NCBI GenBank assembly: GCA_965217585.1
Contig: OZ244561.1
Span: 3,520,001 to 3,584,000, forward strand
DNA length: 64,000 nt
Reading direction: 5' to 3'
Source: Candidatus Latescibacterota bacterium
GTDB taxonomy: Bacteria > Latescibacterota > UBA2968 > UBA8231
Shown here: in pieces, positions 8,670 through 19,051 of the stretch
Layout: the number at the start of each line of letters is the position of its first letter
How positions within the stretch are numbered: the stretch's first letter is position 1
Program-made: the position numbers and the translations under genes
Notes under the pieces: generated by a model
What the model saw: the letters and a program-made list of their open reading frames with translations, nothing else
The model's database searches: none
What the model was told of the DNA's origin: nothing

Positions 8670-8719
8670 ATTTACTTAGGAGGTGCGACAGATCACGTCG
8701 CAGGCAGAGATTTTTTATA
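8670..8719 (-). promoter_or_regulatory. Palindromic operator/promoter, copy 2
   Basis: TGCGAC-AGATCAC-GTCGCA at 8684-8702; minus strand TGTCGC-N10-TAAATT. Confidence 0.6.
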
Positions 8720-8826
8720 GACGCTAGTGTCAGGTACGCTTTGATAATACCCGAGGCGACATGAACCGGGTCTAATAAGTTGGGAAATGACTATGGGAAA
8801 CGACTAGTTGACGAGTAGAGGCTAAT

Positions 8827-9522
8827 TCATGGCCAAGACACGTGGTCCATGTCGCCGACGTTTATGAACACGTCTTTCACGTTCTCGGAAACCCATCGGG
8901 AATGGGGTATGCCGAGATGCTTGGTGGCGTGCGCGATTGCGGCTTCCCATTCTTCCCGCGAGACGGGATCCCTGTCACAGACCGTCGGATCGTTTAGGAA
9001 GTAGACGAACACTAAGCAGGCGTTGATGTTGTTCAACTCCCTCAGTAGGTAGAGGTGCGCCAGTCTGTTGGCGTACTGGTAGAAGCACTGTGACCAGTCA
9101 GTCTCGGACGTAACGCCCATAAACTCCTTAGTCTCCGCCAGCGCTGCCTTGATTTTCTTAAGGGAGGTTCCTGTTGCACCAGTGGGATTGGTGTCGAACT
9201 CGGGGATATTCGCCTTGGCTTCCAGCAAGAGAAAACGTTCACTGCTAGTCCGAGCTAGCCCATCCCACTGTGGTCCCTTCCTAGGCCAGAAGTCCTTGAG
9301 CGACCGGCTGTTGAGGCTCACATTAAGGCGCTCTATGAATTGCTCGTCTCGGTATTCGGCGAAACTGTCGCATTCCAACGGAGAAAGCCACTCGATCTTT
9401 TCACCGGAGCAAAGACCAAGTTCGTTGACGATGGCCGAGTTTATGACTTCGGGGCAGCGGTTGACGGCTATCTGTAGCCAACGCTGGCTGCCGCGTTGGG
9501 CTGCGGACTGTTCTGTTCTCAT
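8827..9522 (-). CDS. Hypothetical protein, probable PD-(D/E)XK nuclease fold
   Basis: FWPRKGPQWDGLA...LLLEAKAN (D...ExK), YQYANRLAHL; SD AAGGAG. Confidence 0.6.
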   Translation of the reverse strand: MRTEQSAAQRGSQRWLQIAVNRCPEVINSAIVNELGLCSGEKIEWLSPLECDSFAEYRDEQFIERLNVSLNSRSLKDFWPRKGPQWDGLARTSSERFLLLEAKANIPEFDTNPTGATGTSLKKIKAALAETKEFMGVTSETDWSQCFYQYANRLAHLYLLRELNNINACLVFVYFLNDPTVCDRDPVSREEWEAAIAHATKHLGIPHSRWVSENVKDVFINVGDMDHVSWP

Positions 9523-9595
9523 ATCTATCTCCTTTTTATTTACAGTAACGGGTGAATTTACTCCGGTTATCGATGGTCTCGGTCAGGTCGATACT

Positions 9596-9741
9596 TCACG
9601 CATCTTCCCATTCAGATGGTGGCGACTGAGCAGACAGCTTTGATCCAAGATACGCAAGGTACATTTCGGCAATCCTGTCTTGGGCAACAACTTCGAACTT
9701 CACTGGGCGATCTATATCACGCTGTAGTTCTTCCCCTATTA
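9596..9741 (-). pseudogene. C-terminal fragment of the Mrr-like endonuclease split by IS630
   Basis: Removing the IS restores RRRLYL-IGEELQRDIDRPVKFEVVAQDRIAEMYLAYLG...EDA* in frame. Confidence 0.8.
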
Positions 9742-10840
9742 TTGACCTCTGCATTTTTAAAGGAATAGTTATATATTCATTTATATGCGACCTATATATG
9801 CGACCTAAAGGTAGTGCCGATCGGCTGGAATATCGTCGTCAATGGGCGGCTCAGTTGCTTGAGGAAGGCAAAGGCGTCAACGAAGTAGCTCGTCTGGTCC
9901 AAGTCTCCCCCTCCTCGGTGTCTCGTTGGAAGGCGATGAAAGCGCAAGCCGGCGAGGAGGGGCTCAAAGCCAAACCGCATCCGGGGCGGGGCTGTCAGTT
10001 GAGCCCCCAAGACCAGGATCAGTTGAAGCAGCTTCTGCTTCAGGGCCCTCAGGCGGCTGGCTTGATACGGCGCTGTGGACCTGTGGGCGTGTAGCGCAGG
10101 TCATTGCACAGACGTTTGGGGTGTCCTATCATCCCGATCATGTAGGTCGTCTGCTGCATGGGTTGGGTTTTTCGTGCCAGTATCCCCAGCAACGCGCCCG
10201 GGAACGGGACGAGGAAGCCATCCGTCCATGGCGCTTGGTCGAGTGGCCACGGATTAAAAAAAAGCCCGACAAAAAGGGGTGACCATCGCCTGGATCGATC
10301 AGAGCGGCTTTATGTTGCAACCCACCCGTCGCCGAACAGGGGCTTTGCGGGGCCACACGCCCCTGCACAAGGTGTGGGATCGCCACGATCGCTTGTCGGT
10401 TCAGGCCGCCGTTACGCTGCCGCCTCAGCGCCAGCGGTTGGGTGTTTATTTCCGAATGTATGAGCATAATATTGACCGGCAGGATGTGGGGTCCTTTGTC
10501 GGTCATCTGCTGCGTATGATACGGCGCAAGGTCGTGCTCATTTTGGATCGGTGGAGTGTGCATCGCGCCGCGGTGGCGATCTTGCAGAAAAGGGATCCGG
10601 ATCGACTCACCATCGAATGGGTACCCGCCTATGCACCCGAATTGAATCCGACTGAACAGGTCTGGAATCATACCAAGTATGGCGATCTAGCCAACTTCAT
10701 TCCAGACCACATCGAGGACTTAGCAGATGCGGTCTGCATGTCGATCACCGCCCAGCATCATGATAACAACCTGATTCGAGGCTTCTTCAAGTATGCACAA
10801 CTTGAACTTTAAAACATTCCTTTATATTTGCAGTCCTCAA
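9742..10840 (+). mobile_element. IS630 family insertion sequence
   Basis: TA duplication at 9740-41 and 10841-42; imperfect IRs TTGACCTCTGCATTTTTAAAGGAAT and TTGAGGACTGCAAATATAAAGGAAT; HTH plus DDE transposase inside. Confidence 0.88.
9798..10812 (+). pseudogene. IS630 transposase in three frames (probably inactive)
   Basis: HTH (9798-), winged-helix segment DTALWTCGRVAQVI after a frameshift near 10062, A8 slippery site near 10256-10263, DDE part WIDQSG...LILDRWSVH...PAYAPELNPTEQVW. Confidence 0.85.
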
Positions 10841-10842
10841 TA

Positions 10843-11686
10843 AATAGAGCCTCCTTCGATACTCATCAGTCAAATCGCCTAAAATAAAAAGGATGGCTAC
10901 TTCAGAGCGGGAATTCTTGATACATCTTACTAGATCTTCGATAGGGCGGTCGTCTTCCACTCTCCCGGTATGATTCTTGCATTGGATCGGAATGCCGTCT
11001 TGTAAAATCTCACCAGTGAGCGGATTCCTCACACTGACAAGCAGATCCCAACCCTTTCTCGTATCCCGCTTCTCCTTGACCTCAACATAGGGAAGATTTT
11101 TACAGAGGTGGGCAACGAACTTCTCGAACTCCTTCCCAGGCCACTGTTCAGAGATCGACCGTATGGTCCGGCAGCGAATTTCCTTCTCCGTCTCTTCGAG
11201 CGTAAGAGCGTCACTTCTTTTTTTTGAAAGATCTAGTTCACCTTTCCCCGCACGAGTTGCGAGATTCTGTAGGGCACGGATAGATCGCTTTGGGTATATC
11301 TCATAGTAGTTTCCACGTTTGGTTAAATCATTTCGTAGAGCAGGAGTAACCTCAGCACAGTCGAGCGGAATCGGAGTTGGAGTAAGGGGACGGACATGCA
11401 GTACATGTCTGAAGTCAAGTGAGCCGTCATCCCGCCTGTACCCGTCATCGGCGAAATCGTACCCGGGTTCTATTACCTCTCCTATGACGAACTGTCTCAT
11501 TGGTTGTTCGAATTGCATTACAATGCGGTCGCCGACCTCGATATGCCGAACCAGAAACTGGCAGTACCGCCAGACGATCGCCTCTTCAGCAGTCAGTGTA
11601 GTCTTCCTCTCTAGTATTCTCAGATCTGCACGGCTTTGGTGCATGAATCGTCGGTTTTTCTTGTGTTCATTGGTTGAATAAAGACA
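10843..11686 (-). pseudogene. Mrr-like (type IV) restriction endonuclease, 5' end cut by IS5 and 3' end split by IS630
   Basis: FEKFVAHL...GWDLLV...IPIQCKNH (D...QxK); N-terminal IEVGDRIVM...IGEV...YDF domain; frame stays open up to the IS5 end. Confidence 0.7.
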
Positions 11687-12809
11687 GGTTCCTTAGTAGT
11701 TTGGGCAGGACCTTTTTGGCAAAAAATCCATGCTTTCTCGTCCAAGGAACCTGTCATGCCCAAGGTATCGTCTTCTTCCTCCCCGGTCAAGTTTGCTCGC
11801 GGTCGCCCGAAGGTCGTATACCGGGTGCGTAATGGGTCTGCCTACGAGGCCGGCCTTAAACAGCGGGGGAGTCTGACGGTGTGGTTTAGCCCCCAAGCGG
11901 TTCAAGCTTGGTATTATCAAGGGCCCTCCCAGCGGGGAGCGCAATACACCTTTTCGGATGGAGCCATCCAAACGGCGTTGACGCTACGGATGCTCTATCA
12001 TTTGCCGCTGCGCCAAACCGAGGGCTTTGTCAGCTCCATCTTGGCCTTGATGGGACTGGATCTACAGGGGCCCGATCACACGACCTGGTCTCGCCGTCAG
12101 GCGGATTTGGCGGTGGATCTACCGCCCCAGCGTACCGACCAACCCCTGCACTTGGTGGTTGACTCGACGGGGCTGAAAGTGTATGGGGAAGGCGAGTGGA
12201 AGGTGCGTCAGCACGGTTGGACGAAGCGGCGCGCATGGCGCAAATTGCACCTAGGGGTCAACGAGGCTACCGGCGAAATCGTCGCACAGACCTTGACCAC
12301 CAACCGCCGAGATGATGCCTCGCAGGTGGAGCCGTTGCTGCAGCAAGTCGAAGCGTCCGTGGTCGCGTTGGGTGGCGATGGAGCCTATGATAAGCGCAAG
12401 GTCTTCGACGCGTTGGCCGCGCCCGATCAAGGCCGGCCTATTCGCCCGATCATTCCGCCGCGCAAGGACGCCAAAATCGAGCAACATGGCAACACTCACG
12501 CCGAGCCGTTACCCCGCGATGAGACGATTCGAGCGATCCGCCAACGGGGCCGTCGAACCTGGAAAAACGACAGCGGCTATCATCGCCGCTCGATCGCCGA
12601 AACGCAGATAGGCCGCTATAAACAGATACTCGGCGATACCTTACGCGCCCGAACCTTACCCCACCAACAGACCGAAACACGGTTGGGTTGTGCGGTACTT
12701 AACCGACTGCTCGCGTTGGCCAAACCCGAGTCCTATCCGATCACAAAAAAAGCGTAAACCAAAAAACCAAGAGGCCAACACAGCCGACCTGGTTTCATGC
12801 AACAAAGCC
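11687..12809 (+). mobile_element. IS5 family (IS903 group) element, no target duplication
   Basis: Right end reverse complement GGCTTTGTTGCATG; left end GGTTCCTTAGTAG is only a weak match, so the boundary is approximate. Confidence 0.75.
11756..12757 (+). CDS. IS5 family transposase
   Basis: YEAGLKQRGSLTVW, LPLRQTEGF, VVDSTGLKVYGEGEW, DGAYD, YHRRSIAETQIGRYK. Confidence 0.93.
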   Translation: MPKVSSSSSPVKFARGRPKVVYRVRNGSAYEAGLKQRGSLTVWFSPQAVQAWYYQGPSQRGAQYTFSDGAIQTALTLRMLYHLPLRQTEGFVSSILALMGLDLQGPDHTTWSRRQADLAVDLPPQRTDQPLHLVVDSTGLKVYGEGEWKVRQHGWTKRRAWRKLHLGVNEATGEIVAQTLTTNRRDDASQVEPLLQQVEASVVALGGDGAYDKRKVFDALAAPDQGRPIRPIIPPRKDAKIEQHGNTHAEPLPRDETIRAIRQRGRRTWKNDSGYHRRSIAETQIGRYKQILGDTLRARTLPHQQTETRLGCAVLNRLLALAKPESYPITKKA

Positions 12810-13917
12810 CCAGAAAGTCGATGATTTTCCCACCGATGTGTCGGGTCGCAAGTACGTGCGCCAATGCCCGATCCAACCGGGAGGCGTCGCCTTGCTCCAG
12901 ATCATCTAGATTCAGCACTTCTGTGTTCAGGTACATGTCCAATTCGCGGCGCAAAAAGCTGCCCAAGTCCTTGTGGATGAAGTAGTCAAAACTATTCTTG
13001 GCCGTGTATCGCTCGACGTGCTTCTCCAACAGCGTGCGATCATCATTGGTGTCCGTGGGGGCTGGCACAACTAATAGTACTAGCCAGTCCGAGGCTACTG
13101 CCTTGAGTATCCGACTGACCACTGCCTCGTTGATCCTTCCCTGTTGTCTAACACCATTGCCCGTCCACGTCTGCTTCTCGCTATCGGTCAGCGGACGGTG
13201 TTCGAAGCGCACAATGAGCGAGCCATCCTTAACCGCAATGGCATCATTGCCGCCCGCGAGTACAAAACGACGCTTCTTGCTGTCGGCTTCCTTGATATTG
13301 TCTTTCTCGTTGTCGGCTGCCGCGATCTCAAAACGTACGCGCGTCTCCGCTTCTCCTGTGCCCACTGTGAAGACATAAGAGGCGTAGTTCTCTGTCGTCT
13401 TGACGTAGTATTGATCTGCGTTGGCCCAGTGCAGCTTAACTTCCTCGCCGTCGTAAGGGATAAGGTAAGCCGCCCGCCCGCCGCTTGAGTAACGACGCTG
13501 CGAGATGAAGTCGCCCTCGGCGTAGTAGCGAGAAAAAAAGTTGGCGAGATGGTTGTACACGTCGGCCTCGGCATCCGCGTCACGCTTTGCCTCGGCGAGC
13601 CGTGCACGGAGATCTTGGACTATTTCGTTCCCGTCAGGGTCAACTCTCAGGCCCCGCAAGGTTTCGATAGTCTCGTTCAGTTTCTCTTCTATTTCAGTGA
13701 CTTGATTGCCCGTGAGCCCCTCCAACGCCTCTTTCACCTGCGGCAGCAGATCATTGTCGAGAAATGCCGAGATTTCGCTGGCCTTCATGTTCATGATGCG
13801 ATACAGGCCGAAGTCGAGGTCGCCGCGGTCGAGCTGGAACATCTCGCGCAGCAGGGCCTTCAGCCGGTCGAGCTTGCCGGTGGCGCTAGGGACAATGGAT
13901 GACGTCGAAGCGTTCAT
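12810..13917 (-). pseudogene. mod: Type III R-M Mod subunit, N-terminal part only
   Basis: Paralogous to the N-terminus of 28988-32074 (DLDFGLYRIMN, FFSRYY.GDFISQRRYS, LHWANADQYYVKT, FIHKDL); cut by IS5 before DPPY. Confidence 0.88.
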
Positions 13918-14045
13918 GGAATGACCTATGGGTTGGGGTAACGCAGAACGCGAAAACGAGCGAGATCAATCTTGAAAAATCACGCCCTTCAATAGTACAC
14001 AGTCAAACTAATACACCTGAACTCCTGCCATACAAACAGCCCCGC

Positions 14046-14909
14046 TCAGCGCTCCAACCACCCCGGCAAGCGAATTTCAGCAGACTGGTGCCAGGCCGTC
14101 AGGTAGAGCGAGGCCGTAAAGCGCACGGAGGTGCGGGCGCGTGCCTCGGCAAAGGCGCGCATCTGAGAATCTTCTTCGTCGTCCCACTGGTCCAGTAGCG
14201 CATACACTTCTTCTACCAACCCATTGCTCTCTTCGATCTGATTGACGATCTCCTCCATCAGCGAATCCGAAAAGTCCTCTAACTCTTGCCTTGCCGCCAA
14301 ATCCTCGGGTGCAAAGCCGAGCCGCTCCACTGAGGAATCCACCTTTTCGTGGATGCCCTTACCCATAACCGTGCCGTCCTCCTGCTCCTTACCGTCGAAG
14401 TACCGGGTCGCGTGCAGGGGCTGGCAAATGTCTTCGGCATAGTGGGCGAGAATGCCCGCATAGACGAGACATTTCTGCTGAATCGCCTCGTTCTCCGGCC
14501 ACTTGCGATGCTCGGCAAAGGCCACGGCCAACCGTCCGGTCCACTCGGCAATGGCGTATGGGGCCATCCCGACCTTGGTCGGATCCAATTCCAGCTCTTG
14601 GCACATGGTAATAAAGTCAAAGCGCTGCGGCGGAATCTCTCGTCCCTCAAGGTACTCTAGGTCGAAATAGTGCTCTCCGTGTTCGGCGTGGCTCAGCAAG
14701 GGGGCACCCCGATTCTTAAACAGATCTGGATCGAAGACCGTATGGCTGGCGATGTTGCCGCCTTGGCGAAAGAAAGCCGGCACGTCCTCTGGCAGGGCCA
14801 GCACGGCTCCCTCGGTCAGAATCCCGTGCCCATCCCCCCACCAAGCTTGGGCTGGAACAGCCACCAAGCCAGCGACGACTGCAATCCATATTGCGCGGAT
14901 CGTTCTCAT
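14046..14909 (-). CDS. Secreted S1/P1 nuclease or Zn-dependent phospholipase C-like protein
   Basis: Signal peptide ending AQA, mature N-terminus WWGDGH, HYFDLE, HYAEDICQPLH, IHEKVD. Confidence 0.75.
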   Translation of the reverse strand: MRTIRAIWIAVVAGLVAVPAQAWWGDGHGILTEGAVLALPEDVPAFFRQGGNIASHTVFDPDLFKNRGAPLLSHAEHGEHYFDLEYLEGREIPPQRFDFITMCQELELDPTKVGMAPYAIAEWTGRLAVAFAEHRKWPENEAIQQKCLVYAGILAHYAEDICQPLHATRYFDGKEQEDGTVMGKGIHEKVDSSVERLGFAPEDLAARQELEDFSDSLMEEIVNQIEESNGLVEEVYALLDQWDDEEDSQMRAFAEARARTSVRFTASLYLTAWHQSAEIRLPGWLER

Positions 14910-14989
14910 GGTTCGCTCTCCTTTCTTTGTGCAAATTACACGATGGTTCCTAAGCAGGCCGCCAACAACCCTCAACCGCGAGGATTCCC

Positions 14990-15817
14990 ATGAAACTCTC
15001 GCTCTCGGTCCGCGTGGCCGAAAAATTCCACGCCAAGCGCGAAGCCAATATGACGCTCGAACAATTGGCCGCCCTCGCCACTCGCCACGGGTACCGCGGG
15101 CTGTGTATGCGCGCCTCGCAAGTGGGCGTCCACAGCCCGCCAGAGACGGTTGCCGCTGCTCGCGCCCTCCTCGGCCGCTACTCGCTGACCGTCTCCATGC
15201 TCACCGGCGACTTCCCCATCCCGGAAAACTCCGACCAAGGGCCGGATGCCCTCCGCAATATAACGCCCTATCTCGATCTGGCCGAACAGCTCGGCGCTCC
15301 GCTGCTGCGCGTCTGCCTGAAAAAGGACGAAGATATCGCTTGGGCCCGCCGCGCGGCCGACGAAGCCGCCGAGCGCGATATGCGCCTAGCACACCAGTGC
15401 CACACCCGCAGTCTCTTCGAGGAAATCGACCGCTCGCTGCAAGTTTTGGCGAGCATTGGCCGCCCCAACTTTGGCCTGATTTACGAACCGGCCAACCTAG
15501 AGCTATGCGGCCAGCCTTATGGGCTGAATGCCATCCGTCGCCTGATGCCGCACATATTCAATGTGTATCTGCAAAATCAGGTTTTGGCCGCCGATGGCCC
15601 GGACGGACTCGATACGTGGTGCCGCGGCGAGGTGCAGTTCCGCCAGATCCCCTTGTGGGAGGAAGGGGGCATTAGCTTCCCGCCGCTGATGGACGCGCTG
15701 CGCGCGGTCGGCTACGAGGGCTATGTGACGGTTCATCAGGCTTCGGCCGACTTGGGTACTGAAGCCGCGGTCCGCGAGAGCGCCCGCTATCTCAAGCGGC
15801 TGTTGGCGACCAATTGA
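14990..15817 (+). CDS. Sugar phosphate isomerase/epimerase (TIM barrel)
   Basis: AP-endonuclease-2-like layout: NFGLIYEPANL, PLWEEGGISF...GYEGYVTVHQ. Confidence 0.75.
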   Translation: MKLSLSVRVAEKFHAKREANMTLEQLAALATRHGYRGLCMRASQVGVHSPPETVAAARALLGRYSLTVSMLTGDFPIPENSDQGPDALRNITPYLDLAEQLGAPLLRVCLKKDEDIAWARRAADEAAERDMRLAHQCHTRSLFEEIDRSLQVLASIGRPNFGLIYEPANLELCGQPYGLNAIRRLMPHIFNVYLQNQVLAADGPDGLDTWCRGEVQFRQIPLWEEGGISFPPLMDALRAVGYEGYVTVHQASADLGTEAAVRESARYLKRLLATN

Positions 15818-15890
15818 CGACGACTATACGTACCTTGATATTTAAATGTTTGTTCGCAAACCCTCTCACAGTAAGAAAAGGAGAACCATC

Positions 15891-16526
15891 ATGGCTATCC
15901 GACTCGGCGACGAAGCCCCGGATTTCAACGCGGCAACCACCGCAGGCCCCATCAACTTTCACGAATGGCTCGGCGATTCTTGGGGGGTGTTCTTTTCCCA
16001 CCCTGCCGACTTCACCCCGGTCTGCACCACGGAGTTAGGTGTCGTGGCCAATATCGAAGAGGAGTTCAAAAAGCGCGGCGTCAAGATCATCGCCTTGAGC
16101 GTCAACTCGGTTGACGACCACGAAGGCTGGATCGCCGACATCAACGAAACCCAAAACGCCAATGTCGGCTTCCCACTGATCGCCGATCCCGAACGCAAGG
16201 TCGCCGAGCTCTACGACATGATCCACCCCAACGCGCTCGACAATATGACCGTGCGCTCGGTTTTTGTCATCGGCCCAGACAAAAAGGTCAAGCTGACGCT
16301 GACTTACCCGGCCTCGACCGGCCGCAATTTCGACGAAATTTTGCGCGTGATTGACTCGCTGCAACTGACGGCCAATTACTCGGTCGCCACTCCGGCCAAC
16401 TGGCAAGACGGCGACGACTGCATCGTGGTCCCGGCCGTCTCGGACGAGGAAGCTACTGAGAAATTTCCCCGGGGCTTCACGGCGGTTAAGCCCTACCTGC
16501 GCATCACGCCGCAGCCCAATAAGTAA
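15891..16526 (+). CDS. 1-Cys peroxiredoxin (Prx6)
   Basis: FSHPADFTPVCTTE; YPASTGRNFDEILR; ATPANW. Confidence 0.95.
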   Translation: MAIRLGDEAPDFNAATTAGPINFHEWLGDSWGVFFSHPADFTPVCTTELGVVANIEEEFKKRGVKIIALSVNSVDDHEGWIADINETQNANVGFPLIADPERKVAELYDMIHPNALDNMTVRSVFVIGPDKKVKLTLTYPASTGRNFDEILRVIDSLQLTANYSVATPANWQDGDDCIVVPAVSDEEATEKFPRGFTAVKPYLRITPQPNK

Positions 16527-16529
16527 GCG

Positions 16530-17618
16530 ATGAATTCAACTTGGGCTGGCAGGCTGGTTTGGGCGGGTTTGTTGGCCGCGCTGACGTGGTGTGCGGCGGC
16601 CAATGCGGAATCCCTAACCGTGGTGTCTTGGGGCGGTTCGTATGCGCGCGCCTGCGTAAAAGGCTATCACGAAGCGTTTACGGCCGAGACGGGCATTGAA
16701 GTTCGCTTGGAGGACTACAACGGCGGCCTCGCCCAATTGCGCGCCCAAGTGGATGCGGGGGCCGTGTATTGGGACGTGGTAGATATGGAGCTCGCCGATG
16801 CTATGACCGGCTGCGACGAGGGCGTTCTCGAAGTGCTGGACTTTGAGCTGCCTCTTGGGGCGAATGGCGAATCGCCCGAGGACGATTTTTACCCGGAAAC
16901 TGTGAGCGAGTGCGGCATCGGCTCGTTGTTCTACTCGACCGTCTATGCGTACCACGCGGACCATTATAAGGAGCGTAAACCAGAGACCATCGCCGACTTT
17001 TTCGACCTTGAGGCGTTCCCGGGCCGGCGCGGGATGCGGCGCGTACCGGCCGTAAACTTAGAGTTCGCCCTGATGGCCGACGGAGTGCCTCGGGATGAGG
17101 TGTACGCCACCCTTGACACGCCCGAAGGGGTCAGTCGCGCATTTCGCAAGCTCGACACCATCAAGGATCAGGTGGTATGGTGGGAAGCGGCTGCGCAGCC
17201 GCCGCAGATGCTCGCCGATGGCGAAGTGGTGATGACCACGGCGTACAACGGGCGCATATTCAACGCGCAGGTCTTGGAGAAGCAGCTGTTTACTATCGTC
17301 TGGGACGGCCAGGTGCTGGACACGGGCCAACTCGTCATCGCGGCGGGGGCACCGAATTTGGAGGCCGCGCGCAAGTTCCTCGCCTTTGCGGCGCGGCCGT
17401 CGTCCATGGCCGGCGTGGGCCGCTACATCGCCTATGCACCGGCGCGCCGGTCGGGCATGGATCTGATCTCGGTCCACGCCGAGACCGGCGAGGAGATGGC
17501 CCCGCACATGCCCACCTATCCAGCCAACGCGGCGGGAGCGCTGCGCAGCGACTGGCGCTGGTGGAGCGACAATATGGACGAGATGAACGAGCGCTTCAGC
17601 GCTTGGCTGGCGCGCTAG
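16530..17618 (+). CDS. ABC transporter substrate-binding protein (polyamine-like)
   Basis: Signal peptide; LTVVSWGGSY, DFFDLEAFPGRRGMR, EFALMADGV, AYNGRIF. Confidence 0.88.
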   Translation: MNSTWAGRLVWAGLLAALTWCAAANAESLTVVSWGGSYARACVKGYHEAFTAETGIEVRLEDYNGGLAQLRAQVDAGAVYWDVVDMELADAMTGCDEGVLEVLDFELPLGANGESPEDDFYPETVSECGIGSLFYSTVYAYHADHYKERKPETIADFFDLEAFPGRRGMRRVPAVNLEFALMADGVPRDEVYATLDTPEGVSRAFRKLDTIKDQVVWWEAAAQPPQMLADGEVVMTTAYNGRIFNAQVLEKQLFTIVWDGQVLDTGQLVIAAGAPNLEAARKFLAFAARPSSMAGVGRYIAYAPARRSGMDLISVHAETGEEMAPHMPTYPANAAGALRSDWRWWSDNMDEMNERFSAWLAR

Positions 17619-17641
17619 CAGCGGAAAAAGCTGTTTGATAG

Positions 17642-17677
17642 TGGGCCGGGGCATCTGTATTTGCCTCGGCCCATTTT
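17642..17677. terminator. Intrinsic terminator between convergent genes
   Basis: TGGGCCGGGGCA-loop-TGCCTCGGCCCA followed by TTTT. Confidence 0.7.
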
Positions 17678-18514
17678 CTATAATTCGGCGAAAATAGCCT
17701 CTATGTCAGCCGTTTTTTGCCACTTGGCGAATTCTTTGTCCATCTTAGGCGACCACTTGCGATCCACCTCTCCGGGCGTGTAGCGGCCGTCGGCAATGCT
17801 CTTCTTGCCCCAATAGTCTCGCAGGCGGATGTTTTCGGACGACTCCACGACCTCGTGGGCGTATTGCGGCGGCACGAAAATCACGCCCGTGGGGGTCGCC
17901 AGCACGATATCGCCCGGCATACAGGTCGCCGCCCCCACCCGCACCGGGCCGTTGATCTCGGCCATGGTTACCTCGCCGATTGCCGAGGGATGCAGTCCCT
18001 TGCAGAGCACGTTGATCGGCAACTGGCGCACGCGGTGATCGTCGCGGATACCGCCATCGACGACTAGGCCCGTATCATCGGTGTTGGCCGCGATCGCCGT
18101 GCCGAGATTGTCGCCGATAAAGGTCCCGCGCAGCACCTTGCCGAACAGATCGACGACCAACACGTCGTTGGCGACTAAGGTGTCGATGACCCAGCTATTC
18201 TGGCCGCCGATCCGCCCGTGCCGCTCGCCTTCGGCCTGCACGACGCCGTCGAAGTCGGGTCGGTGCGGGATATAGCGGGCCGTCACCGCGCGGCCGACTA
18301 GCACGCGGCTTGGATGCAGGTTGATCCAGTCGCCTTCGAACTGAAACGAATGCCCCTTGCCCATCAGCACTCCCCAGGCTTCCTCGATGGTCACCCGCTT
18401 CATCCGCTCGACGATGTCGCCCTCGACTTTGGGCCGCCCGTCGCGAAAGCGCGGGCCTGCGTACGCACTCGTTATGCTCTTTATTTTGCTCGGTGCGTTG
18501 AGTTCAAACGCCAT
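17678..18514 (-). CDS. RraA/HMG aldolase family protein
   Basis: FIGDNLGTAI, GLVVDGGIRD, PGDIVLATPTGVIFVP. Confidence 0.85.
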   Translation of the reverse strand: MAFELNAPSKIKSITSAYAGPRFRDGRPKVEGDIVERMKRVTIEEAWGVLMGKGHSFQFEGDWINLHPSRVLVGRAVTARYIPHRPDFDGVVQAEGERHGRIGGQNSWVIDTLVANDVLVVDLFGKVLRGTFIGDNLGTAIAANTDDTGLVVDGGIRDDHRVRQLPINVLCKGLHPSAIGEVTMAEINGPVRVGAATCMPGDIVLATPTGVIFVPPQYAHEVVESSENIRLRDYWGKKSIADGRYTPGEVDRKWSPKMDKEFAKWQKTADIEAIFAEL

Positions 18515-18621
18515 GGTCGCTCCTTCGATAAAATAAAAAAATGGCCGCGCATCCTTTGCGGACCGCGACCAAGCTAATACATCTCGTCCGAGCGTCAACC
18601 CGGCGGAATGGTGGAACGGGA

Positions 18622-19047
18622 CTAAAAGGGCAGATCGTCGTGGTTGGGGCCGGCCGCAGGGGCGGCGGCGAGTGCATGGCCGTTGCTCTCAGCGGCCTCG
18701 GCATCCTCGGCAGCCCGTTCTGCGCCGAGCATTTTCATGGTGTTGGCGACGATTTCAGTGGCCTGACGCTTGTGCCCCTGCTGATCTTCCCAAGAGCGCG
18801 TTTGCAGCTTGCCCTCGATGTAGACCTTGCTGCCCTTTTTTAGGTACTGACCAGCGATTTCGGCGAGGCGCTGCCACAGGACGATGCGGTGCCATTCGGT
18901 CCGCTCTTGGCGCTGCCCGTTCTTGTCGTTCCACGACTCGCTGGTGGCCAAGCTGAAGTTGGCAACCTGAGCGCCGCTGGGGGTAAAGCGCGTCTCGGGA
19001 TCGGATCCTAAGTTGCCGATGAGTAAGATCTTGTTGAGACTAGACAT
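18622..19047 (-). CDS. ssb: Single-stranded DNA-binding protein
   Basis: [44 protein letters not shown]-terminal DDLPF. Confidence 0.95.
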   Translation of the reverse strand: MSSLNKILLIGNLGSDPETRFTPSGAQVANFSLATSESWNDKNGQRQERTEWHRIVLWQRLAEIAGQYLKKGSKVYIEGKLQTRSWEDQQGHKRQATEIVANTMKMLGAERAAEDAEAAESNGHALAAAPAAGPNHDDLPF

Positions 19048-19051
19048 ATTA

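Noticed and set aside
1700-14040. Prophage or ICE (dnaB, nearby ssb)
   Set aside because: No integrase, structural, relaxase or conjugation genes; dnaB is truncated.
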